Virus record (IMG/VR): IMGVR_UViG_3300028048_000113
Location: 24,561 to 88,560 of that record
Direction: 5' to 3' (one strand)
DNA length: 64,000 bases
Source of the DNA: a virus
Taxonomy: Duplodnaviria; Caudoviricetes
Position 1 is the first letter of the stretch. Each line of letters begins with the position of its first letter. The notes beneath the pieces were generated by a model. It was given only the letters and a program-made list of their open reading frames with translations, was not told the origin of the DNA and did no database searches. The position numbers and the translations under genes are program-made. Below are positions 19,534 to 28,764 of the stretch, one piece after another.

Positions 19534-20415
19534 ATGAGAAAGAATAAAATTTTAATTGGTGTATTTGCAGGTGTGGCAGTACTTATTGGATTGATTGTAT
19601 TCTTTGCATCAGTCTATACAGTACATACAAAGGAATCTGCAATTGTAGTTAGACTTGGTAAGGCACAAGCAACAGTTACAGAAACTGGAATGCATGCACA
19701 TGCTCCATTCATTGAATCTACAGTAAAGGTTTATATGGGTGAGAACTTGTATGATATGCCTAAGTCAGATGTAATTACTTCAGACAAGAAATCAATGATT
19801 GCTGATAATTATGTTATTTGGGAAGTAACAGATGCTCTCAAATATTACCAAACACTTGGTGGTGTTAAGAATAGAGCTGAGGAAAGAGTTGAGGCTGCAG
19901 TATACAATGCAACCAAGAATACAATTTCTTCAATGACTCAGGAAGAAATTATTGCTGCAAGAGGTATGACTCTTACAAATGCAATTACATCAGCATCTAA
20001 CTCAGATATTGCACAGTATGGTATTAATATTAAGATTGCTGAAATTAAGGCACTTGACCTTCCTGATAACAACAAGGAAGCTGTCTATAACAGAATGATC
20101 TCTGAGAGACAGAATATTGCAGCTGGTTACACAGCTCAGGGTAATAAGGATGCTCAGATTGTCATTAATGATACTGACAAGCAAGCTTCTATTATTAGGG
20201 CTGATGCTGAGGCAAAAGCAGCAATTATTAGAGCTGAAGGTGAAGCAGAGTACATGAAGATCCTTTCAGCAGCATATAATGATCCTGACAAGGCAGCATT
20301 CTATAACTATCTTAGAGGATTAGATGCACTTGAAGCTCTTGCAAAAGCAGACTCCACAATTATCCTTGATAAGGACTCTGATTATGCAAAGATCCTTTAT
20401 GGTTATTACACATAA
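19534..20415 (+). CDS. hflC: FtsH protease modulator HflC (SPFH/band 7)
   Basis: TM helix, IVVRLGK, ITSDKKSM, VYNRMISER, AEAKA, FYNYLRGLDA. Confidence 0.85.
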   Translation: MRKNKILIGVFAGVAVLIGLIVFFASVYTVHTKESAIVVRLGKAQATVTETGMHAHAPFIESTVKVYMGENLYDMPKSDVITSDKKSMIADNYVIWEVTDALKYYQTLGGVKNRAEERVEAAVYNATKNTISSMTQEEIIAARGMTLTNAITSASNSDIAQYGINIKIAEIKALDLPDNNKEAVYNRMISERQNIAAGYTAQGNKDAQIVINDTDKQASIIRADAEAKAAIIRAEGEAEYMKILSAAYNDPDKAAFYNYLRGLDALEALAKADSTIILDKDSDYAKILYGYYT

Positions 20416-20425
20416 TTAAATAAAG

Positions 20426-20462
20426 AGGAGTAGATCTTTTAGGAGGTCTACTCCTTTATTTT
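20426..20462 (+). terminator. Intrinsic terminator
   Basis: AGGAGTAGA/TCTACTCCT stem followed by T-rich tail. Confidence 0.65.
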
Positions 20463-20567
20463 GTGTGTGAAAGGCTATTTAATTATTATATCGTTTATAG
20501 TAATTGGTTTACTTTTTAACAATGTTAAATATAATAAATTTATATATATTTTAAAGGAGGTACTGCT

Positions 20568-21146
20568 ATGAAGCGTACTGAAAATGATTTCGAGAAGATT
20601 AAGATTACGAAAGCCTCCACTAATAAAGTTGCTTGCAACCTTTATTACGACTCATTTGGAATTGAAAAGATCAAAATTCAAAACTTTGACTATGCATCAA
20701 AGCAAAGCATAGACAGTTATATTGATTTTGAAGACGTTATTAGAATTGCAGCTGACTGTATGTCAGGCAAGATTATTAAGGACATTGAAAAGGCTCAGGC
20801 AGAAAACAAGCAGTACAGCCTTGGATATAAGGGTTCAAAGTCCTCCTCTATTTATGATGGAAAGCCTGAATCAAGACAGATTACATTTGGTTTGTCTGGT
20901 GGTAAGGTTTACATCAATATGACAAGATGTGAAGGTGTAGTTGACCCTGAAAATGGAACCATTAAGCCTAATGCTACTAGAGATAAGTCAAAGGATCTCA
21001 AGCTCTCAGTTGGTGTAGATGTGGATAAGTTTAGAGCAATGTTCTTGTATGCAGATGCTTGGATTAAGGCATATCTTTCTAGAGAAGTACCTCTCCTTTA
21101 TGATGAGGTAGACCAGAAGAGAAAGGAAAATTCTAAGACAAACTAA
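20568..21146 (+). CDS. Hypothetical protein, first gene of the RNAP operon
   Basis: 192 aa, RBS AAGGAGG, behind tandem class B and class A promoter motifs. Confidence 0.6.
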   Translation: MKRTENDFEKIKITKASTNKVACNLYYDSFGIEKIKIQNFDYASKQSIDSYIDFEDVIRIAADCMSGKIIKDIEKAQAENKQYSLGYKGSKSSSIYDGKPESRQITFGLSGGKVYINMTRCEGVVDPENGTIKPNATRDKSKDLKLSVGVDVDKFRAMFLYADAWIKAYLSREVPLLYDEVDQKRKENSKTN

Positions 21147-21167
21147 TCCAAATTTGGAGGTACCAAA

Positions 21168-23429
21168 ATGACAATTCCTGAATTATTTGAGAAAGAATTG
21201 AAGTTTTGGATTGAAGCAAATGAAAAGTTCCTGGGTGTCACTCCTATCGATGACACCTGGGACTATGCTGATATTCAAGCTTCAATTGACGAATCATGTA
21301 AGAAGTTCTGGAACGTTGAAAAACCTTGTAAGTTAGCAACTAACTTAAACAAAGGACTTCTTAATAAAGACGCTAGTCTCCAGGTAAAAAATTCATATAT
21401 GCTTAAGTTAAACTTCTATAACATGTGTATAGATGTTTTTGGCGATTATGGACCTGAATATGGACTCAAAAAGATCTGCGCAATACCTACTCCTTGCAAT
21501 GATCTTTGCTGGATTATCAATAGAACACATTACGTCACAAGAGTAGCTGCAACTAAAGATATTTATGGTTGCGTAAGTAAGGAAAGTTACAACCTCATTA
21601 AGGGAGAGGGTTGGAATTATACTATTGATACTGATACTTTTGATTGTGTTGTTACAAAAGATGAATATAAGTTCAATCCTACATTGGATGAAATCTTCGA
21701 TAATCACCTTTCAAGACGTTCAAAGTATTTGTTAGAAGCAGTTCTTGGTGAACCTGTTACAAAGGAAAACTTCAAGGCAGGTTTAAGAAAGCTTCCTACT
21801 TTCGACAAATCTTCTATTTTTAATTATAAATTTACGCGTATGGAATATTTTGAGGATGTTGTACTCAATTCTAAGAAGTATGCACAGCCTACAAAAGATA
21901 TTCTTCTTGGCGTTAATACAATCATTTCTTCAAAGACAAGACAGTGGACAAGTACTAAGGAGCATATTGATGGTTGTTTAGTACGTTCAGAGTCTAAGAT
22001 CTTTGCACTTGAAAACTTTAGAACATGTGCAAACTTCTTCAATATTGAAAGAAAAGATAACCCTAATATTAATGCTGCAGCTGCAAGCAGTGTACACTCT
22101 AAGTTTACCTATAATGATGCTAATGGTTTCTTTGATTCATTCAAGACCGTCACATCAAAATCAGCTGGTAGACAGAGATTATTGCTTGATAATGTAGTTA
22201 CAAAACATGGTCTTCTTTGGATTGTTGATGAAGATGGCACTATGCATAATATGTTTGAATATTTGGATATGCCTCAGGATGAGAGACTTTCTTGTTTGTC
22301 AAAGGCTCCTTTCTGCAATAACGATAAGCCTAAGAGAATCATGATGAATGCTAAGATGACTTCACAGGCAGTTCCTCTTGCTGAAGAAATTGATGAACTT
22401 ACTCATAGAATTACTGCAAGGGTTGGATTTACTGATATTGAAGGTTATACAGCAGCTGACTCAATCATTATTTCAGAGTCATTTGCAAAGAGACTTAGAA
22501 CATACGATCAGGAAATTCTCTACTTAGATAAGAATTCAAACCTTTATAAGGCTCTTACAGAAACTGAACCTGTAGTATTTGATCTCACATTACTTAAGGC
22601 GGTTTTCCCTAGAAAGAATGATGCAATTCTTCTTTCATTTGAGAATGTCAAGATTGATCACATTGATCACGTTGATGACTATAGAGCAAGAGTATTTATT
22701 ACTTGGGAAATTCCTTTCAGACTTGGCGATAAGATTACAAATCTTCATGGTGCTAAGGGTACAGTTGGTTTAATCTTACCTGATGATAAGATGCCTAGAC
22801 TTACCAAGAAAGTTGGTAATATGAAGGCTGGTCCTTTGGAAATAATTATTTCAGGTTATTCAGCTATGAGACGTGGATCTCTTGGTCAGATCTTTGAGGC
22901 ATGGTCTCTTGCTACTGGAAATACCGATGTTGACTTTGCTGCAGATGCTATTGCAAAACATGGCAAAGCAATGGAAACATATAGTAAGAATTCAATAGTT
23001 GAATATAATGGTGAAACACAAGTCATTCCTGTAGGTATTAACTACATTATGAGATTGTATCACCATGCATCAACCAAAGTTTCTTGTTCCTCTGCTGATT
23101 TTGCATATAAGAGAACATTAAGATTTGGTGAGATGGAAAAACTTAATCTTGTAGCTAATGATTGTCCTAATATCCTTAAGGAACTTGGTATTAGATCAGT
23201 TACTAAGTATATTGGTTCTCATAAGCTTATTAACCAGATTGAAGAGACAAGAGAGCTTCCTAAGAATGCTCATATGTCACTCCAGTTTGTAGAAATTCTT
23301 AAATCAATGGGATATAAGTTAACTGTAAGTAAGCTTTCAGATAATTATAGTGGAACAGATGAGAAAGATGATGATAACTTGAATGCTATCATCAAGAAGG
23401 AGGTCAAGTCAAATGAAGATGACAATTGA
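21168..23429 (+). CDS. rpoB: Multisubunit RNA polymerase beta-like subunit (minimal)
   Basis: KRIMMNAKMTSQAVP, GYTAADSIIISE, GDKITNLHGAKGTV, MP, RRGSLGQIFE, GINYIMRLYH, RFGEME correspond in order to the conserved RpoB blocks. Confidence 0.88.
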   Translation: MTIPELFEKELKFWIEANEKFLGVTPIDDTWDYADIQASIDESCKKFWNVEKPCKLATNLNKGLLNKDASLQVKNSYMLKLNFYNMCIDVFGDYGPEYGLKKICAIPTPCNDLCWIINRTHYVTRVAATKDIYGCVSKESYNLIKGEGWNYTIDTDTFDCVVTKDEYKFNPTLDEIFDNHLSRRSKYLLEAVLGEPVTKENFKAGLRKLPTFDKSSIFNYKFTRMEYFEDVVLNSKKYAQPTKDILLGVNTIISSKTRQWTSTKEHIDGCLVRSESKIFALENFRTCANFFNIERKDNPNINAAAASSVHSKFTYNDANGFFDSFKTVTSKSAGRQRLLLDNVVTKHGLLWIVDEDGTMHNMFEYLDMPQDERLSCLSKAPFCNNDKPKRIMMNAKMTSQAVPLAEEIDELTHRITARVGFTDIEGYTAADSIIISESFAKRLRTYDQEILYLDKNSNLYKALTETEPVVFDLTLLKAVFPRKNDAILLSFENVKIDHIDHVDDYRARVFITWEIPFRLGDKITNLHGAKGTVGLILPDDKMPRLTKKVGNMKAGPLEIIISGYSAMRRGSLGQIFEAWSLATGNTDVDFAADAIAKHGKAMETYSKNSIVEYNGETQVIPVGINYIMRLYHHASTKVSCSSADFAYKRTLRFGEMEKLNLVANDCPNILKELGIRSVTKYIGSHKLINQIEETRELPKNAHMSLQFVEILKSMGYKLTVSKLSDNYSGTDEKDDDNLNAIIKKEVKSNEDDN

Positions 23430-24639
23430 GCCTATTAACATTATTGATGATCCTGCAAATCAGGTTACGTCAGATAAGATCTTTCCTCCTAGAAAGATCA
23501 AGGATAAAGATGGTAACTATCTTTTCAATGATGAAGGTATCTTCTCAGAAAAAATTTTCGGTAAGTTTGGTCACTGTAGATGTGGTAAGTTAAGAAAGCC
23601 TGGCTACTGTGAAGAATGTGGATGCAGAGTTCTCAATAAGAGAAAGATGCCTGACTTCTTTATTAAGTTTAGTTTTGACCTTCCTAATAGAGTTATTAAC
23701 TACGGAAAGTTCTCAAACAAGAAGCTTTTAGAGGATCTTCTCTACTATAGAGGATTCATGTATGAAGGAAAGTACATTGAATTTGATCTTAAGAATGATA
23801 TGTCAGTGTATGAACAGGATAAGATCCTTTTTGGTAAGGAAGCAATCCTTTCAATAGGAGTACCTGAGGAATGGTATAATGGTGCAGTTCATAGACTTAT
23901 TTCTATTCCTCATACCTCATTCAGAAAGATTACTTTCCAGAATGATAACTATTTCATTGGTGACCTCAATAACCTTTATATTGATATGATCCGTCTTAAT
24001 AATAAGTATGATAAGCTTAAGAAGAATTCAAAGCTTAACATTCTTAATGAACTCAATATCAGATTTACAATCTGCAATGATCTCACTGTTCTTTATGAAC
24101 AGCTCTTCCAGATCCTTGCTAGAAATCATAGAAATGTTATTGATAATGAGCTTAAGGGTCAGCCTGAAACAGGTATGATTAGAGCAGTTATGACAAATAA
24201 CTTCAGTCTTGATGAGGACACAATTCTTATTGGTAAGTATTTTATTGAGACACTCTATCCTAAATTCTTTAGAGAATATATGATAGACGGTGAACTTGAT
24301 ATTAAGGCAATTAACAAGAAACTTAAAGATGAAAAGTATTTAGTACTCTTTAATAGACAGCCTACCATTGGTGCTAAGTCAATTATTGCAATGCACCCTG
24401 TATTCTCTGAATTAGATACAGAACAGTTTGTTATTCAGGCAAATCCTATTGTATATGATGGACTTGCTGCAGACGTTGATGGTGACTCATTGAATGTAAT
24501 TGCTCTCTATTCTAAGGAAGCTTGTGAAGAAGCTGAAAAGCTCTTACCTAGCAAGAATTATATTGAGGGTTCAAATGGTTCTATCAGAAATGGTATACTT
24601 GATGAGTTTAAGTATGTAGAAACATTATTAGGAGAATAA
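23413..24639 (+). CDS. rpoC: RNA polymerase beta-prime N-terminal half (catalytic)
   Basis: GIFSEKIFG + CRCG..CEECG zinc finger, LFNRQPT, AADVDGD (NADFDGD equivalent). Confidence 0.88.
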   Translation: MKMTIEPINIIDDPANQVTSDKIFPPRKIKDKDGNYLFNDEGIFSEKIFGKFGHCRCGKLRKPGYCEECGCRVLNKRKMPDFFIKFSFDLPNRVINYGKFSNKKLLEDLLYYRGFMYEGKYIEFDLKNDMSVYEQDKILFGKEAILSIGVPEEWYNGAVHRLISIPHTSFRKITFQNDNYFIGDLNNLYIDMIRLNNKYDKLKKNSKLNILNELNIRFTICNDLTVLYEQLFQILARNHRNVIDNELKGQPETGMIRAVMTNNFSLDEDTILIGKYFIETLYPKFFREYMIDGELDIKAINKKLKDEKYLVLFNRQPTIGAKSIIAMHPVFSELDTEQFVIQANPIVYDGLAADVDGDSLNVIALYSKEACEEAEKLLPSKNYIEGSNGSIRNGILDEFKYVETLLGE

Positions 24640-24643
24640 TACT

Positions 24644-25099
24644 ATGTCAGAGGTAACAAAAAAGAAGCCAGCAACAAAATCTACTGGCAAGAAAAAAGTA
24701 GATGACAAAAAGTTGTCTTATATCTTTTTTGGTATTCTTGTTGTAGCAATTATTGGTTTCTCAATATTGTTGTTATTACCTAAGTCTCCTAAGTATGTAA
24801 AGAACTTTGGTGATGATATTGTAACAACAATTGAAATCAAGGAAAAAGATGAAACAATTAGAATGCTTGTAAAGATTAAAGATAATGATGTTATTGAACA
24901 AAAAGGAACTTTAACTTTTATAGCAGATGGAACATCTCAAGATGCTGAAGGAAAAGAAGTAGCATATAAAATTTATGAAGCTTCTTTTGAACCTTTAGAT
25001 TCAGAAGAAGAGCCTGAAGTAGTTCAAATTAAGGTATATGAGAAATCATTAATCTTAGCATATGACTCAGGTGAAATTATTGAATATGAGAGGAAATAA
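24644..25099 (+). CDS. Single-pass membrane protein
   Basis: Basic N-terminus and one TM helix (IFFGILVVAIIGFSILLLL); lies between the two beta-prime halves. Confidence 0.6.
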   Translation: MSEVTKKKPATKSTGKKKVDDKKLSYIFFGILVVAIIGFSILLLLPKSPKYVKNFGDDIVTTIEIKEKDETIRMLVKIKDNDVIEQKGTLTFIADGTSQDAEGKEVAYKIYEASFEPLDSEEEPEVVQIKVYEKSLILAYDSGEIIEYERK

Positions 25100-25104
25100 G
25101 ATAT

Positions 25105-26079
25105 ATGGCAACACTTAAGAACAGAAAGAAATATGTAGAACACTATCATGATCTTGGTGAAGCAATGTTCACAAACTGTACAATTCCTACAGTTGGTGAC
25201 TTTGCAAAAGCCTATAGCAAAAAAGATGCTGATTCAATAAAGAAGATTGAAACTATTACTGAGTTTACTGGTAATAAGAAGGATATTGATGAATCAATTG
25301 AAAGAAGAAACTCAATTTATTCAGATGCTGAATCTAAGAAGTTCATGAATTCAGTTATTGCGGCAAATATCACAGATATTACAGAATCTGGTTGGTTCTA
25401 TAAGAAACTTATCAGTTCTTGTGATGATATGACAATTGTTGCAGATGACTGTGGTTCAGTTGGTGAAGAGTATGCTTGTCCTATCAGTGAAAAAGTATTC
25501 AATTATAAGATCAAGAATAGATATGTAGTTGAATGCAGAGACTATATTGAGGATATTAAAAAGCTTCCTAGAAATGGTAAAATCCATGTAAGAACATTCC
25601 TCACTTGTAAAAAAGGACCTAGACATTTCTGTGCTAAATGTGCAGGATTGTTTAGAAGATCCTATGATACAACATTCATTCCTAAGAATATTGGTATCTA
25701 TTCAACCCTTATGATTACAGAGCACGCTACACAGGCTTCATTAGACTCAATGAATAAAGGTGTTACAGAAAAGTTGAATGTACTTTTGGAAAAGAGAATT
25801 CCTAAGCCTGCTGATCTTAATGAGGCAAAGGAAAAAATTAGAGAAATCATTGATGAAATCGGTGATGTTGGTGTTGACTCAAGATTCTATGAAGTAGCTC
25901 TTCTTTCTAGATATAGAAATGGTGAGTTTGTATCACTTCAAAATTCATTTATCAAACAGGAAGATGTTTTTGGTGCATTTGTATATTCAAATACCAAGAA
26001 ACTTTTTGATAAGATGATTGAAACTGGTGAGTTCAATGCTAACTCAATGAAGACTAAGATAGCCTTTGATGCATACTAA
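25105..26079 (+). CDS. rpoC: RNA polymerase beta-prime C-terminal half (bridge helix, trigger loop)
   Basis: ESGWFYKKL (SGYLTRRL), DDCG, VRTFLTC..FCAKCAG zinc site, IGIYSTLMITEHATQ (VGIIAAQSIGEPGTQ). Confidence 0.82.
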   Translation: MATLKNRKKYVEHYHDLGEAMFTNCTIPTVGDFAKAYSKKDADSIKKIETITEFTGNKKDIDESIERRNSIYSDAESKKFMNSVIAANITDITESGWFYKKLISSCDDMTIVADDCGSVGEEYACPISEKVFNYKIKNRYVVECRDYIEDIKKLPRNGKIHVRTFLTCKKGPRHFCAKCAGLFRRSYDTTFIPKNIGIYSTLMITEHATQASLDSMNKGVTEKLNVLLEKRIPKPADLNEAKEKIREIIDEIGDVGVDSRFYEVALLSRYRNGEFVSLQNSFIKQEDVFGAFVYSNTKKLFDKMIETGEFNANSMKTKIAFDAY

Positions 26080-26103
26080 TTTAATGTACCAATAATAGTA
26101 CTG

Positions 26104-26129
26104 AGGCCTCCCCAACCCGGAGGCCTTTT
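26104..26129 (+). terminator. GC-rich terminator after RNAP operon
   Basis: AGGCCTCC/GGAGGCCT stem followed by TTT. Confidence 0.7.
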
Positions 26130-26197
26130 AAAAAAGTATTTACTTTAAAGCGCTATTGTGATATAATATTTTTAGAAAAGATTTAAGGAGATTTTTG

Positions 26198-27232
26198 ATG
26201 GAAATTATAACAGAAAATGGTAAAGATTATTTAGTCTCCTATATTGCTAAGATTGATAACTCAACCATTGATGCTAATGCATTTTTTGCTGATGCAAAGG
26301 AAACAGTGAACAATATACTTAAGAAGTATAATTCAATTCACAAGACAAAGAATACCTATATTGCAAAGGGTTATGGTGCTCCTCTCCAGTCAATGCTTTC
26401 AAGATTTAGTGGTGATTATTTCTCACCCTCATTTATGAAATCATATGTTGAGGATCCTGCTCTTAACCTTATGGCTAATTTCTTTACAGAGCAGGCAAAT
26501 GATGCTACAGCTATTGGTACAACCTTCCACTCCTGTATGGAAAATTATTATAATCTTCCTGGTGAGGAAAGAGTTAGATCTAAGTTATGGGAAATTGAAA
26601 AGAGTATATTACCTCCTGACCAGGATAAGGAAAAGGTGGATGAATATATTGCTGGTTATATAGATGTAAAAGATTATTTACATCCTAGATCAGCTCTTGA
26701 TGACACAAAACTTAACTGTGTTACAGAGCATAGAGGTAGAGCCAATAACCTTTATGTAAAGTCAATTGGATATACCATTCCTTGTGCAGTATCCTATGTT
26801 GCAGATAGAGTTGACTATAGAGACTCTGATGTAATTATTTTGGACTATAAGACAGGCCACCCTAAGCCTGAGGCAGCAACATTTAATGGTTATCTTGGTT
26901 CAATGCTCCTTTATAAGTGGGCTATGGAACAGGAACTTAATACTACTATCAATAAGGGATTCCTCATTTGTCCTGGTAATGCTCCTTCTCAGAAGTATAT
27001 GGAGTTGGACTATTCCAAGGAAAATGAAGAGAAAATGGCTGAAAATATTGATAGATTCTATAAGAACTTTATGAGAGACAATAGGTCTAGAGAATATGTC
27101 TTCACAGGTGAGGGTTACTTCACCACAGATGATGCAAAACAATATAAAGCTATCATGATGGATAATACTATTTGGATGAGTAAGATCCCTGTTAAGATTT
27201 ATATTGGTGAACATGATGAGTCAGTTCTTTAA
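26198..27232 (+). CDS. PD-(D/E)XK exonuclease, RecB/Cas4-like superfamily
   Basis: GTTFHSCME, ADRVD, ILDYKTG; behind promoter 26139-26167. Confidence 0.72.
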   Translation: MEIITENGKDYLVSYIAKIDNSTIDANAFFADAKETVNNILKKYNSIHKTKNTYIAKGYGAPLQSMLSRFSGDYFSPSFMKSYVEDPALNLMANFFTEQANDATAIGTTFHSCMENYYNLPGEERVRSKLWEIEKSILPPDQDKEKVDEYIAGYIDVKDYLHPRSALDDTKLNCVTEHRGRANNLYVKSIGYTIPCAVSYVADRVDYRDSDVIILDYKTGHPKPEAATFNGYLGSMLLYKWAMEQELNTTINKGFLICPGNAPSQKYMELDYSKENEEKMAENIDRFYKNFMRDNRSREYVFTGEGYFTTDDAKQYKAIMMDNTIWMSKIPVKIYIGEHDESVL

Positions 27233-27242
27233 GGAGTGTTAA

Positions 27243-27539
27243 ATGAGAAAGCTTACTAAAAAAGGTAGCATTGATGTTCAGACTTTTATGTTATTATGTT
27301 TCATGTTAATTATTATTTCATGTCTAATAATGATATTTGTAGTTTCTGGATCAAAAAATCATTGGAATGATGGACGCTGTCCTAAATGTAATACAGAATG
27401 GAGATATGTTCAGGCAGTTGGTCATCAATATACTACAGGATATATTTATGTTTGTGATACTTGTGGTGATAAGATAGAAACAAATCATGAACCTGATTGG
27501 AAAACAGTAAAGACAGGTGAATTAAATGAGAGCAATTAA
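27243..27539 (+). CDS. Membrane-anchored zinc-ribbon protein (paralog of 1756..2145)
   Basis: TM helix then CPKC...QAVGH...YVCDTCG. Confidence 0.55.
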   Translation: MRKLTKKGSIDVQTFMLLCFMLIIISCLIMIFVVSGSKNHWNDGRCPKCNTEWRYVQAVGHQYTTGYIYVCDTCGDKIETNHEPDWKTVKTGELNESN

Positions 27540-28764
27540 AGACATAACTGGACAGAAATTTGGTAAGCTTACAGCACTTTATCCACTAGAAAAAAGAAAT
27601 TCTAGTGGTAATGCTATTTGGCACTGCAAATGTGAATGTGGTGGAACTAGAGATGCTATAGCTAGCTATTTAATAAATGGTTCTACCACAGGATGTAAAG
27701 ATTGTCAAACAGCAAGAGGAAAATTTAAAGATATAACTGGTCAACAGTTTAATTATCTAACTGTACTTTACAAAACAAACAAAAAAGACAATAGAAACAG
27801 TAGAATTTGGCACTGTAGATGTGTCTGTGGTAAAGAAGTTGATATTCCTGGAGATAGACTCAGAAGTGGTCAAGCTAAATCTTGTGGATGTAAAAATCTT
27901 AGAAAAAGCTGTAGTATGGGAAGTACTCATGCTATTAAGAATTCTACTGATTTGACAGGTCAGAAATTTGGTAAGTTAACAGTAATGAGTAGATCAGCTA
28001 ATAAACATAGAAAGGGTAGATACTGGACTTGTAAGTGTGAGTGTGGTAAAATAAAAGTATATGATACCAATACTCTTATACATAAGACTTCTTGTGGTTG
28101 TGATAGAAAGAGAAAGTCTTATAAGATGAGAACTTTTGATTCAGTTTCAGTTGGTGATAGATTTGGAAAACTCACAACTGTCTATTATTTACCTAGTAAA
28201 CCGGGTCATTGGATCTGTAAATGTGACTGTGGTAATTTAGCTATAATTAGAACTAATGATCTTAAAAAGGGTGTTACTCAGAGCTGTGGTTGTAGAAAAA
28301 TAAAAAATCCTGATAAATTACCTTATTATAAAAAATTGCTTGATGCCAAAACAGATTTAACTGGAATGAGATTTGGTAAACTCACAGTTGTTAAAGATAC
28401 TGGTAAATCAAATGGAAAGGGTAAACTATGGCTTTGCAAGTGTGATTGTGGTAACACTAAAGAAGTAACAGATTCAGCTCTTAGATTTAATATGACTAAA
28501 ACCTGTGGTTGTACAAAATATAATGGAAAAGACTTAACAGGTCAAAGATTTGGCAGACTCACAGTACTTGAGAAAACAAACAAGAGATGTCATGGTTATA
28601 TTGTTTGGAAGTGTAAGTGTGATTGTGGAAACATAGTAGAAATACCTATGCATAATCTTTCATACAATAATTCAACTAGATCTTGTGGATGTCTATTAAA
28701 AGAAACTAAAGCCACATGGGGACAAAGAGTAAAAGATAATTATAAAGAGTGGAAAAAGTTATGA
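27526..28764 (+). CDS. Cys-rich repeat protein (6 copies of DLTGQxFGxLT..WxCxCxCG..SCGC)
   Basis: Repeats counted in the translation; this unit usually accompanies phage HNH/AP2 proteins. Confidence 0.75.
   Translation: MRAIKDITGQKFGKLTALYPLEKRNSSGNAIWHCKCECGGTRDAIASYLINGSTTGCKDCQTARGKFKDITGQQFNYLTVLYKTNKKDNRNSRIWHCRCVCGKEVDIPGDRLRSGQAKSCGCKNLRKSCSMGSTHAIKNSTDLTGQKFGKLTVMSRSANKHRKGRYWTCKCECGKIKVYDTNTLIHKTSCGCDRKRKSYKMRTFDSVSVGDRFGKLTTVYYLPSKPGHWICKCDCGNLAIIRTNDLKKGVTQSCGCRKIKNPDKLPYYKKLLDAKTDLTGMRFGKLTVVKDTGKSNGKGKLWLCKCDCGNTKEVTDSALRFNMTKTCGCTKYNGKDLTGQRFGRLTVLEKTNKRCHGYIVWKCKCDCGNIVEIPMHNLSYNNSTRSCGCLLKETKATWGQRVKDNYKEWKKL

Noticed and set aside
12480-26079. Inteins or introns in DnaB, primase or RNAP genes
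   Set aside because: Proteins are normal or shorter than normal, with no C/S...HN splice motifs or LAGLIDADG inserts; the beta-prime split has separate RBS/start and an intervening gene.
26198-27232. Cas4 / CRISPR adaptation gene
   Set aside because: It has the PD-(D/E)XK core but not the four-Cys Fe-S set of Cas4, and no cas1/cas2 or array is nearby.
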